In this document: one piece after another, positions 8,631 through 16,327 of the stretch
Layout of the letters: the number at the start of each line of letters is the position of its first letter
Position numbering within the stretch: the first letter of the stretch is position 1
Virus record (IMG/VR): IMGVR_UViG_3300037225_000744
Strand: one strand, 5' to 3'
DNA: 20,000 bases
Origin: an uncultured virus (IMG/VR IMGVR_UViG_3300037225_000744)
Lineage: Duplodnaviria > Heunggongvirae > Uroviricota > Caudoviricetes
The notes under the pieces: model-generated
What the model was told of the DNA's origin: nothing
What the model saw: only the letters and a program-made list of their open reading frames with translations
Databases searched by the model: none
Made by a program: the position numbers and the translations under genes

Positions 8631-9011
8631 TTGAGTAAATATATATTAAATTTATCAGAAGAAGAAAAAGATTTTTTACAAAAAATAGTTGCTATATCAG
8701 GAAAAGATACTCAAACAGTAAAAGAAATATTTAAAGCTCTTTTGAAAACTATTTATATGAGTGTGTATGCAGATAAGCATAAAGTTTATATACCTTATAT
8801 ATGTAGTTTAGATATAAGTTATTTTGATCAATCATCTGTATCTAAAGGAATATTAACTAAGGTTGAGATGCAAGCAGAAGCTTCAACATCCTTAAAAAAT
8901 GAAATAAGTGCTATTGTAAATGGAGAGGATGCTCCTACTCTTAAATATGTAAATAAAAAAATAACAGAAGTTATCTATAAAAAAGCAGGTATTGACGTAG
9001 GTGACAATTAG
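8631..9011 (+). CDS. Divergent HU/IHF-like DNA-binding protein
   Basis: DFLQKIVAISGKDTQTVKEIFKALLKTI...KVYIPYICSLDI...AEASTSLKNEI follows the HU helix-helix-strand pattern with a short arm. TTG start after AAGGAG. Confidence 0.45.
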   Translation: MSKYILNLSEEEKDFLQKIVAISGKDTQTVKEIFKALLKTIYMSVYADKHKVYIPYICSLDISYFDQSSVSKGILTKVEMQAEASTSLKNEISAIVNGEDAPTLKYVNKKITEVIYKKAGIDVGDN

Positions 9012-9013
9012 GT

Positions 9014-9406
9014 ATGAAATGGATATTATGTTATCAAACTCCTAATGATTCAGTTAAATTTCAAACTGATATATCTGATGAAATATCTTATTTGAAATAT
9101 AAGGATTTTATAGGGTATGTATCTCAATATAGAATAAAAGATCATGCTGGATTTATAGATATGTTAGATCATTTTTATACTTTATTCATTGATATAGAAA
9201 ATCAAAAATGGTACAGATATCAACCTACTTTTGATACACCTACATTTGAAGAATTGATAGCTTTAAATGACAAAGATAATAAGAAGAATTTAACTATATT
9301 AGATAAGGCTAAAGCATTTATTGATAATTTTGCAATAAGAAGAAAGGAAGAAAAATTTGGTAAAGTAGGAGAAAAAGACAATGTTCAGAAAGTTAGCCAT
9401 AGGTGA
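9014..9406 (+). CDS. Hypothetical protein
   Basis: 130-aa ORF in operon order. Confidence 0.7.
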   Translation: MKWILCYQTPNDSVKFQTDISDEISYLKYKDFIGYVSQYRIKDHAGFIDMLDHFYTLFIDIENQKWYRYQPTFDTPTFEELIALNDKDNKKNLTILDKAKAFIDNFAIRRKEEKFGKVGEKDNVQKVSHR

Positions 9407-9635
9407 AGAAGAAAAAGTTTATAGGCTAGATTCTATTGGTTTAGAAAATACTGAATTAGTTATAACAGAATCTAATAAATACATTTTAACAGAAGATGCT
9501 TATTTTCCATTTATGTCCATTCAAGATTTTCATTATGAAGAAAGTAATGCTATTATACATAATAGTGAAAATGATAAATTATTATTGACATCTGAGCAAA
9601 TAGAAGCGATACTAAAAATATTTGAAAAAAATTAA
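9381..9635 (+). CDS. Hypothetical protein
   Basis: 84-aa ORF with an AGGAG RBS. Confidence 0.65.
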   Translation: MFRKLAIGEEEKVYRLDSIGLENTELVITESNKYILTEDAYFPFMSIQDFHYEESNAIIHNSENDKLLLTSEQIEAILKIFEKN

Positions 9636-9653
9636 AAAAATACGAAAAAGTTG

Positions 9654-9749
9654 TTTACTTTTCTGTATATATGTATTATATTGTATATATAATTTTTTTA
9701 TTAAAAAGTAGAAAAAATGCTTGACATTTTTCTATTAGTTTACTATATT
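9654..9749 (+). promoter_or_regulatory. Two tandem sigma70-type (early) promoters
   Basis: TTTACT(9654)-N17-TATATT(9677) and TTGACA(9721)-N17-TATATT(9744). Confidence 0.75.
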
Positions 9750-9760
9750 ATATATAGATA

Positions 9761-10124
9761 TTAAAAAAGGAGAAAAATTATGTATAAAAAAATATATGAA
9801 AAAGAAAAATTGATAGAGATGGCTCTTGTGGGGGTTATTAATAATTTACAAGTACAAGTATATACTGATTATAACCCTCCTCATTTTCATTTACTTAAAA
9901 AAGATGAATACGAGGCAAGAATATTAATAAAAGGACAAAAAATAATAGATTATAAGTTTCAAAAAAATAATAAAGAAGTATCATCAGATGAGTTTAAAAA
10001 ATTAAAAAGTTGGTTATGTAATAAGAATAAAAAAGAGAAGAAAATTTCTAATTTAGATGCTGTTATATTCTCTTGGAATTTATTAAACTCAGATAAAGAA
10101 ATTTAAAAAAGGAGAAAAATTATG
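9761..10124 (+). repeat. 22-bp direct repeats (RBS plus start codon) flanking the DUF4160 gene
   Basis: TTAAAAAAGGAGAAAAATTATG occurs exactly at 9761-9782 and 10103-10124. Confidence 0.8.
9780..10106 (+). CDS. DUF4160-family protein
   Basis: VYTDYNPPHFHL...EARI motif and C-terminal WNLLN. Confidence 0.65.
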   Translation: MYKKIYEKEKLIEMALVGVINNLQVQVYTDYNPPHFHLLKKDEYEARILIKGQKIIDYKFQKNNKEVSSDEFKKLKSWLCNKNKKEKKISNLDAVIFSWNLLNSDKEI

Positions 10125-10238
10125 ATTATTAAAACTTTAGATGAAATGTACGACAAGTATCAAAAAGATTATTTAAGTAAATGTTTGAATTTTGGAGAAT
10201 ATATTCAAGTAATGAGCAAACTTTATTACATTTATTAA
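10122..10238 (+). CDS. 38-aa hypothetical protein (MIIKTLDEMYDKY...), not in the ORF track
   Basis: AAGGAG RBS, ATG 10122, TAA 10236-10238. Confidence 0.65.
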   Translation: MIIKTLDEMYDKYQKDYLSKCLNFGEYIQVMSKLYYIY

Positions 10239-10249
10239 GGAGAAAGTTT

Positions 10250-10462
10250 ATGATAAGAAAAAAGAAATCTCATCCTATAACAATAGATTTAACAGGGCCA
10301 GAGGGTAATGCTTATGTTTTAATGGGGTATGCTAAGCAATGGTCAGAACAATTAGATTTAGATTTTAATACTATTTTAGAAGATATGAAGTCAAGTGATT
10401 ATGAACATCTGCTAAATGTATTAGAAAAAAATTTTGGTAATGTTGTAATATTTGAAAGATAA
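10250..10462 (+). CDS. Conserved phage hypothetical protein (IDLTGPEGNAYxLMG...MKSSDYEHLL type)
   Basis: AAGGAG RBS places the start at 10250 rather than the track start at 10181. Confidence 0.75.
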   Translation: MIRKKKSHPITIDLTGPEGNAYVLMGYAKQWSEQLDLDFNTILEDMKSSDYEHLLNVLEKNFGNVVIFER

Positions 10463-10477
10463 TTAAGGAGGAAATAT

Positions 10478-10642
10478 ATGATGACAAAACAAGATTTAAA
10501 AGAAGCTTATGAAGCAGGAGCAGATTCTAAAACTTATTCTGGGTCTTATGAAGATGGGGTACAAGAATACACTCGTGTAGAAACTTTTGAAGAATGGTAT
10601 AAAGAATTTTTATTTAGAAGAGAATTAGCAAAAGAGGGTTGA
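10478..10642 (+). CDS. 54-aa hypothetical protein (..DLKEAYEAG..TFEEWYKEF), not in the ORF track
   Basis: AAGGAGG SD, ATG 10478, TGA 10640-10642. Confidence 0.7.
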   Translation: MMTKQDLKEAYEAGADSKTYSGSYEDGVQEYTRVETFEEWYKEFLFRRELAKEG

Positions 10643-10645
10643 AAA

Positions 10646-10843
10646 ATGTATTCTAAAATAATTATTAAGAATCAAATTAAAAGACTTGATCAATGTTGGT
10701 TATATTATATCAATTCAGCTAATAGCGAATTAGATATAAATAAAAAAGAAGAATTGTTAAATAAAGCGTCAGAAGTAAAAGCAGATGTATTTGAATTAAG
10801 TTTAAAATTAGCAGAAGAATTAGAAAAAGGAGAGATAATATGA
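10646..10843 (+). CDS. Hypothetical helical protein
   Basis: GAGGG RBS; 65 aa. Confidence 0.65.
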   Translation: MYSKIIIKNQIKRLDQCWLYYINSANSELDINKKEELLNKASEVKADVFELSLKLAEELEKGEII

Positions 10844-11004
10844 TTATAGAAAATTTATTATTAGCATTAAATATTACAATAGTTATTTTTTGTTCTATAA
10901 TGTTATATTTTTATGTTAAAGAAGATAAAAGAGGTTGGGGCATTATAATAATATTAGCTATTTTTAGTAATATTTTTCAAATAATTAATTTTTTTAATAA
11001 ATAA
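10840..11004 (+). CDS. 54-aa two-TM membrane protein, not in the ORF track
   Basis: AAGGAG RBS, ATGA overlap; two hydrophobic stretches separated by KEDKR. Confidence 0.65.
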   Translation: MIIENLLLALNITIVIFCSIMLYFYVKEDKRGWGIIIILAIFSNIFQIINFFNK

Positions 11005-11018
11005 GGGAGGATAAATTA

Positions 11019-11030
11019 TACTAATAATTA
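11019..11030 (+). promoter_or_regulatory. Putative late promoter TACTAATAATTA driving the tRNA cluster
   Basis: Exact motif 4 nt upstream of tRNA-Pro, embedded in the palindrome ATACTAAT-A-ATTAGTAT (11018-11034). Confidence 0.6.
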
Positions 11031-11034
11031 GTAT

Positions 11035-11106
11035 CGGAATGTAGGCTAGAGGTTAGTCGCACGGCTTGGGACCGTGATCACGCAGATTCGAATTCTGTCA
11101 TTCCGA
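11035..11106 (+). tRNA. tRNA-Pro(TGG)
   Basis: Acceptor CGGAATG/CATTCCG; anticodon arm CACGG-CTTGGGA-CCGTG; T arm GCAGA-TTCGAAT-TCTGT; no encoded CCA. Confidence 0.92.
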
Positions 11107-11111
11107 AATAT

Positions 11112-11183
11112 AGCAGGTTAGAGGAGTGGTTTCCTTGTTGGGCTCATAACCCAAAGACAATAGTTCAAATCTATTACCTGCTA
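11112..11183 (+). tRNA. tRNA-Met(CAT), initiator-type
   Basis: Acceptor AGCAGGT/ACCTGCT; anticodon arm TTGGG-CTCATAA-CCCAA with three consecutive G-C pairs; A11-U24; no CCA. Confidence 0.92.
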
Positions 11184-11189
11184 AATTGA

Positions 11190-11261
11190 CAAGCTATAGT
11201 ATAGTGGTTAATACACAAGGATTTCACCCTTGTAACCCCAGTTCAATTCTGGGTAGCTTGA
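11190..11261 (+). tRNA. tRNA-Glu(TTC)
   Basis: Acceptor CAAGCTA/TAGCTTG; anticodon arm CAAGG-ATTTCAC-CCTTG; T arm CCCAG-TTCAATT-CTGGG; no CCA. Confidence 0.9.
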
Positions 11262-11453
11262 ATGGGGTATTAAATAGTTATTCAGATTGATTTTGTAAAT
11301 CATATATTAAATTATATTTAACCTAATGTGGTAAGAAATCCCCTTGCTTTAGCTGGGGGATGAATTATCCACTAATATTTTATAAATTTTTATTTGATTT
11401 CTAACTTAAGTTCTATTATATTATAAGTATCTTTTAATTTATGTGAGGTTAAT

Positions 11454-11867
11454 TTGTATAAATTAGATAAAACAGGAAATGCTGTATTTTCACTATGCTA
11501 TCATTTTATTGCTGTTGTTAAATATAGACAAAAAGTATTTTCTGATAATAAAATAATATCAGATGTTAAATCTATATTTGAAAATATAGCTAAAGATTTT
11601 GATGTTGAAATAATAGAGCAAGAGTGTGGTGTAGATCATATTCATTTATTGTTTAGAGCTAAACCTACTTTAGATATAACTAAATTTATTAATATTTTAA
11701 AAGGACACAGCTCTAGAAAAATAAGAGAAAAATATAAGAATTTTCTTAAAGATAAATTATGGGGAGATTCATTTTGGTCTTCATCTTATTTTTTAGCTAC
11801 AACAGGAAATGTAACAATTGATATATTAAAAGAATATGTAGAGAATCAAAGAACAATTCAAGAATGA
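11454..11867 (+). CDS. tnpA: Y1 HUH transposase TnpA
   Basis: YHFIAVVKYRQKVF, HUH motif DHIHLL, LKGHSSR, FWSSSYF and catalytic Tyr in EYVENQ. Confidence 0.95.
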   Translation: MYKLDKTGNAVFSLCYHFIAVVKYRQKVFSDNKIISDVKSIFENIAKDFDVEIIEQECGVDHIHLLFRAKPTLDITKFINILKGHSSRKIREKYKNFLKDKLWGDSFWSSSYFLATTGNVTIDILKEYVENQRTIQE

Positions 11868-13075
11868 AATTACTAGCATATAAATTTAGACTCTATCCTA
11901 ATGAAGATCAAAAAGTTCTTATTAATAAAACTTTTGGCTGCACTAGAAAAATATTTAATCTCATATTAAATGATAATATCATAGCATATACAAGTACAGG
12001 TAGAAGTAATTACCCACAACCAACTAAGTATAAAAAAGAATTTGAGTATTTATCTGATGTGGATAGTTTAGCATTAGCTAATGCAAGAATTAATTTACAA
12101 TCAGCATTTACTAATTTTTTTAGAAATATTAAAAAAGGTAAAAATGAAAAAGGATTTCCTAAGTTTAAATCTAAAAAGAATCCAAAGCAATCATATACTA
12201 CGAATAGTCAAAGAAATTCAATTAGAATAGTTAGTAATACAATTAAAATTCCTAAATTAGGATTTGTAAAATGTAAATTTCACAGAAAAGTTAATGGTTT
12301 AATAAAATCAGTTACAATAAGTAGAAATTCACAGAATAATTATTTTGTTTCAATTTTAACAGAACAAGATTTAGTTAAGATTAAGAATACAAATAATAAA
12401 ATATTAGGAATAGATTTATCATTTCAAAACTTTGCAGTATTATCTAGTGGGGAGAAAATAAATCCCCCAAAGTTTTTTTATGAAGCAGAAGAAAAGATAG
12501 CAAAATTAGGAAGAAAAGTTTCAAAATGTAAGTTAGGATCTAACAACAGACAGAAGAAAAGACTTGTAAAGGCTAAGTTTGAAGAGCATATTTCAAACAA
12601 GAGAAAAGATTTTGTTCACAAATTAAGTAGAAAATTAGTAAATGAGTATGGTATAATAGTTGTTGAAGATATTAATTTACAGCATTTAGCTAGACATAAA
12701 AATTGGGGTAAGACAATTAATAACTTAGGTTTTGGAATGTTTAGAGACTTTTTAAAATATAAATGTGAGGCAGAATCAAAGATATTTATAAAAGCAGATA
12801 AATTTTTTCCATCGAGTCAGTTATGTTCTAAATGTGGTTTTCAGAATAAAGAAGTAAAAGATTTAGCTGTACGAGAATGGATTTGTCCTAAGTGTGGAGC
12901 AAAGCATGACAGAGACATTAATGCAGCAATTAATTTAGTACAATGGTATATAGGTATGGGACATACCAAATTAACGCCTGTTGGAGATAATGTAAGACCT
13001 GAAGTTCAGGCTATTGTCGTTGAATCAGGAAAAGTTCTAAAGCAATTGACTTTAGAAGCCCCCTGCTTTAGCTAG
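11864..13075 (+). CDS. tnpB: RNA-guided nuclease TnpB
   Basis: AYKFRLYPN start; RuvC-I GIDL, RuvC-II VVEDI, zinc finger CSKC/CPKC, RuvC-III DRDINAAINL. All catalytic acids present. Confidence 0.95.
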   Translation: MKLLAYKFRLYPNEDQKVLINKTFGCTRKIFNLILNDNIIAYTSTGRSNYPQPTKYKKEFEYLSDVDSLALANARINLQSAFTNFFRNIKKGKNEKGFPKFKSKKNPKQSYTTNSQRNSIRIVSNTIKIPKLGFVKCKFHRKVNGLIKSVTISRNSQNNYFVSILTEQDLVKIKNTNNKILGIDLSFQNFAVLSSGEKINPPKFFYEAEEKIAKLGRKVSKCKLGSNNRQKKRLVKAKFEEHISNKRKDFVHKLSRKLVNEYGIIVVEDINLQHLARHKNWGKTINNLGFGMFRDFLKYKCEAESKIFIKADKFFPSSQLCSKCGFQNKEVKDLAVREWICPKCGAKHDRDINAAINLVQWYIGMGHTKLTPVGDNVRPEVQAIVVESGKVLKQLTLEAPCFS

Positions 13076-13106
13076 GGGTAGTTCACGGTATAAGCTATTT
13101 AATAAT
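12930..13106 (+). ncRNA. Predicted TnpB omega/reRNA: scaffold overlapping the tnpB 3' end plus flank-derived guide GGTATAAGCTATTTAATAAT; 5' boundary approximate
   Basis: Inferred from established IS605 architecture; the right end at TTCAC 13086 defines the guide start at 13087. Confidence 0.6.
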
Positions 13107-13112
13107 CTATAT

Positions 13113-13183
13113 TGACTAATGGTGTAAGGGTAACATATTGGGTTTTGATCCCAAAGTTCTAGGTCCGAATCCTGGTTGGTCAG
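13113..13183 (+). tRNA. tRNA-Gln(TTG)
   Basis: Acceptor TGACTAA/TTGGTCA with G73; anticodon arm TTGGG-TTTTGAT-CCCAA; T arm CTAGG-TCCGAAT-CCTGG; no CCA. Confidence 0.88.
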
Positions 13184-13210
13184 AATAAAATTATAATATT
13201 TTCAAAAAGT

Positions 13211-13231
13211 TTTTTATATATTATAATATAA
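13211..13231 (+). promoter_or_regulatory. Second promoter-like class, TTTTTATATATTATAATATAA
   Basis: Exact 21-mer upstream of the glycosylase-primase-radical SAM operon. Confidence 0.65.
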
Positions 13232-13253
13232 AGATAAATGAAGGAAAAAGTAT

Positions 13254-13691
13254 ATGCAAACTTTTATAACAGATTTTGATATGATACAAAATGCTAAAAA
13301 TCTTGACAATAAAAGATTAGGAAAACAAAGAGTTGAAAGTATTTATATAGCAGAAGTACTTTTAAAAAACAATAAAAATGGATATAAAAATCATCCTATA
13401 GTTAAATTGTGGAAAGGGTATGAATCATATTTAATTATTATTTATTTAAGATCCATATTGAATGAGTGGGAGAGTAGAGGATTTAAAAATGTTTTGTGTA
13501 ATGAACATTATAAAAACTTAGTTTTAGAAATAAATCCAATAATAGTTACTCCCCCTTGGATAACAAAAGAATTCATAGAAGCTCATAGGTCTAATTTAAT
13601 TAGAAAAAATCCTGAGTATTATAAAAAATTATGGCCTAATACAAAAGAAGGATTAAAATATATATGGAATGTTGATTTATGGCAAAAATAA
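13254..13691 (+). CDS. Pyrimidine-dimer DNA glycosylase/endonuclease V-like protein (MSMEG_6728 type)
   Basis: MQTF...LDNKRLGKQRVE, GYKNHPIVKLWKGYE, EWESRG, PPW...HRSNLIRKNPEYY, YIW. Confidence 0.85.
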   Translation: MQTFITDFDMIQNAKNLDNKRLGKQRVESIYIAEVLLKNNKNGYKNHPIVKLWKGYESYLIIIYLRSILNEWESRGFKNVLCNEHYKNLVLEINPIIVTPPWITKEFIEAHRSNLIRKNPEYYKKLWPNTKEGLKYIWNVDLWQK

Positions 13692-14780
13692 ATGCATAAT
13701 TTAAACGCCCAACAAATAGTAGCAGTATTAGATAAATTAGGAATAGAACATGCTACTTTACCTAACTTTAAAAATTGGTTATTATGTAAATGTGCTAATC
13801 CTGCTCATAATGATAAGAATATGAGTAATGCAGGCATTAGTTTAAATTCAGGTATGTTTAATTGTTTTTCTTGTGGTTATAAAAAACATATAATAAATAT
13901 AGTACAAGATCATTTAAAAATAGAATATAAACAAGCATTAGAATATATAAATAAAGGGTATAATATATATTCAAACACATATAAAACAACTCACAGCAAC
14001 GTTCAGCTTAATGCTGAAGTACATAAAACACAATATACTATTTATCAATTTACTCATATTTCTTTAAATCCTGATAAATACTATTATACAAAAGTAAGAG
14101 GGTTTACTAAAGATTTTTGTGAACAATTTGAAATAAGGCATAGCATCTCTCATCCTTATTTAGATTATTTTATAATACCTATTGAGGATAAAAAAAAGGG
14201 TATTAGTTTATTTGAAGCTAGAAGATTAATGGAATACGAGAAATTAAAAGAATTATTTCAATTAAGAGGAAATTGTAATTATTTAAAAAATATGTTTGAT
14301 ACTTATCAAAAGGAAAATAATTTAACTATTAAGAATATTAAGACTCATAATCCTTGTAAATATGATGAAGATTTATTATATTATTTATTGAAGTCAAAAA
14401 CTTATTATCCTTCTAATTCTTCAGTGAAAGAAACTATTTGGAATATAGATAATTTAAATTATGATGAAGACTTATGGTTAGCTGAAGGATTGGGTTCTAT
14501 GCCTAAATTATATAATCATATTTCTAAAAATTGTAGTTGTATATTTGGTGCTCAAGTATCACCTCAGCAATTATTATATTTATTAAAATTTAAAAGAGTA
14601 ATTTTAATTCCTGATAATGATTTAGCTTGTTATGCTATGATAGAAAAATTACACTATAATAAAGTTAATATTTGGGTATCACCAATTAAATATAAAGATG
14701 ATCAAAAAGAATTTGTTAAAGCAATAGAAAAAAATAATCCTATAGAAGGGTTAAGGTATTTAATTCAAAATGAAAAATAA
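13692..14780 (+). CDS. DnaG-type phage DNA primase
   Basis: N-terminal CHC2-like zinc domain (CANPAHNDK...FNCFSCG); YYTKVRGF; TOPRIM motifs WLAEG and ILIPDND; C-terminal KD. Confidence 0.78.
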   Translation: MHNLNAQQIVAVLDKLGIEHATLPNFKNWLLCKCANPAHNDKNMSNAGISLNSGMFNCFSCGYKKHIINIVQDHLKIEYKQALEYINKGYNIYSNTYKTTHSNVQLNAEVHKTQYTIYQFTHISLNPDKYYYTKVRGFTKDFCEQFEIRHSISHPYLDYFIIPIEDKKKGISLFEARRLMEYEKLKELFQLRGNCNYLKNMFDTYQKENNLTIKNIKTHNPCKYDEDLLYYLLKSKTYYPSNSSVKETIWNIDNLNYDEDLWLAEGLGSMPKLYNHISKNCSCIFGAQVSPQQLLYLLKFKRVILIPDNDLACYAMIEKLHYNKVNIWVSPIKYKDDQKEFVKAIEKNNPIEGLRYLIQNEK

Positions 14781-15003
14781 TAAATACAAAATATCAATTA
14801 AAAAACTAGAAAAAGTTTATAAAGAAATAGAGAGTAGTATATGTAATGATACTGATTTTAATTTAGAAATGAGGCAAAGAACTTTCGATGTTGTAATAAG
14901 TATTTTAAATAGGGCAAGGAATGCCCAAATTGAAGCTTGTGGAGAAATTGGAGTTTTAGCCAATTCTGTGAAGCAAGAATATGCGGGTTTGTCAAATGCA
15001 TAA
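14770..15003 (+). CDS. Hypothetical protein
   Basis: 77-aa ORF overlapping both neighbours. Confidence 0.6.
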   Translation: MKNNKYKISIKKLEKVYKEIESSICNDTDFNLEMRQRTFDVVISILNRARNAQIEACGEIGVLANSVKQEYAGLSNA

Positions 15004-16327
15004 TTCCGAAAAGAAATTATTATTTATAGTTTTACCTGATAATATAAACAACATAAAAGATAATATTTCATTTCCTTATGGAGTTTTATCTATTGCGAGT
15101 TATTTAAAAAAGTATGCTAATGATTTAGTCAATATAAAAATATTTGATTGTAATTTATATAGTACTTATATATCAGAACTTTTCGATGAATTAAGCTTAT
15201 ATCAGCCAGATATTATTGGGATCTCAATGATATATGAACATTCAAATAAATATCTTAATAGCATTTTAATTACTATAAAAAGTGCTAATGACCAATCAAT
15301 AGTTTTATTAGGTGGTGTAGCAGCAATGTGCTCCTATAGAGAGATATTAGATATATATGCAGATATAGATGCTATTTGCTATGGAGAAGGAGAATTACCT
15401 TTATTGGATTATATAAGAGATTTAAATTTCTTGTCATGTTGTTGGATTACAAAAGAATCAATAAAATTAAATAAAACACCTTATAAACATCAAATAGAAA
15501 ATCTTGATAATGTTGTTAATATTGATTATAATTTAATAGATGTTACAAAATATAACATTTACTACCCTATAGCTAATAAACTTGATAATATAAAAAATAA
15601 AAAGATAATGCCTATAATTACTTCAAGAGGTTGCCCTTTTAAATGTGTATTTTGTTGCGGATATTCTACAAATGTATTAGATCATAAAATTAGATATGCA
15701 AGTATTGAGAGTGTAATAAGTCATATTAAAAATCTAGTTGATAAGTATGGAATAAATACTATATCAATTTTAGATGATCAATTACTTTTTAATAAAAAAA
15801 GAGCTAAAGAGTTATTTAAAAAGTTAATACCATTTAAATTAAATATTATATGCCCTAATGGAATAAGCCCTTCATATATAGATGAAGAATTAGTTATTTT
15901 AATGAAAGATGCAGGGATGAAAGTAATTTATTTAGCATTTGAATCTGGATCTTCATTTGTTTTAAAAAATTTAATGCATAAACCTAATACTATTAATTTG
16001 TCAATTAAAGCTATTAATATGCTTAAAAAATATGGGTTTAAAATAGTGGGGTATTTTGTAATGGGGTTACCAGGGGAAACAGATAAGCATAGAGAAGAAA
16101 CATTAAATTTTATAAAAGAAAATAGTTTAGATCATATCAGATTAAACATAGCATTTCCATTTAAAGGTAGTAAATTATATCAAGATTGTTTAAAAAATAA
16201 TTACAAAATTGAAACTAATTATAATGACTATAATTTATTTAAATGTTGTGTTACTACTCAACAATATAAAGCAGAGTATATTACAAAACAAATACAAGAA
16301 ATGAATAAGGAGGTCAATAATGCTTAA
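14981..16327 (+). CDS. Cobalamin-binding radical SAM protein (class B methyltransferase-like); start may be 14996
   Basis: B12-domain motifs PYGVLSIASYLK, PDIIGIS, VLLGG, GEGE; radical SAM motifs TSRGCPFKCVFC, FESGS, FVMGLPGET, PFKGSKLY. Confidence 0.9.
   Translation: MRVCQMHNSEKKLLFIVLPDNINNIKDNISFPYGVLSIASYLKKYANDLVNIKIFDCNLYSTYISELFDELSLYQPDIIGISMIYEHSNKYLNSILITIKSANDQSIVLLGGVAAMCSYREILDIYADIDAICYGEGELPLLDYIRDLNFLSCCWITKESIKLNKTPYKHQIENLDNVVNIDYNLIDVTKYNIYYPIANKLDNIKNKKIMPIITSRGCPFKCVFCCGYSTNVLDHKIRYASIESVISHIKNLVDKYGINTISILDDQLLFNKKRAKELFKKLIPFKLNIICPNGISPSYIDEELVILMKDAGMKVIYLAFESGSSFVLKNLMHKPNTINLSIKAINMLKKYGFKIVGYFVMGLPGETDKHREETLNFIKENSLDHIRLNIAFPFKGSKLYQDCLKNNYKIETNYNDYNLFKCCVTTQQYKAEYITKQIQEMNKEVNNA

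Larger units (their letters stand above)
11322..13086 (+). mobile_element. IS200/IS605-family element (IS605 group, tnpA+tnpB)
   Basis: Left hairpin CCCCTTGCTTTAGCTGGGGG (11340-11359) preceded by AAAT. Right hairpin CCCCCTGCTTTAGCTAGGGG (13059-13078) preceded by GAAG and ending in TTCAC (13086). TTTAA target at 11317-11321; no TIRs or TSD. Confidence 0.9.

Noticed and set aside
10181..10249. Track start for the 93-aa ORF
   Set aside because: Overlaps a better-supported 38-aa ORF (10122-10238); the AAGGAG RBS points to ATG 10250.
11264..11321. A functional fifth tRNA (Thr TGT or Tyr GTA) before the IS
   Set aside because: Only an anticodon-like hairpin is present, with no canonical D or T arm even after removing the IS. 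Reported as a structured spacer instead.
11322..13086. IStron (group I intron plus IS) or CRISPR-associated Cas12f
   Set aside because: Only about 130 nt lie between the left end and tnpA, too little for an intron core; no repeat-spacer array is near tnpB.
13087..13106. Second TnpB target elsewhere in the window (regulatory TldR-like use)
   Set aside because: By-eye search found no other TTTAA followed by the guide seed; near matches around 14751 and 17071 fail the TAM or seed. RuvC residues are intact.
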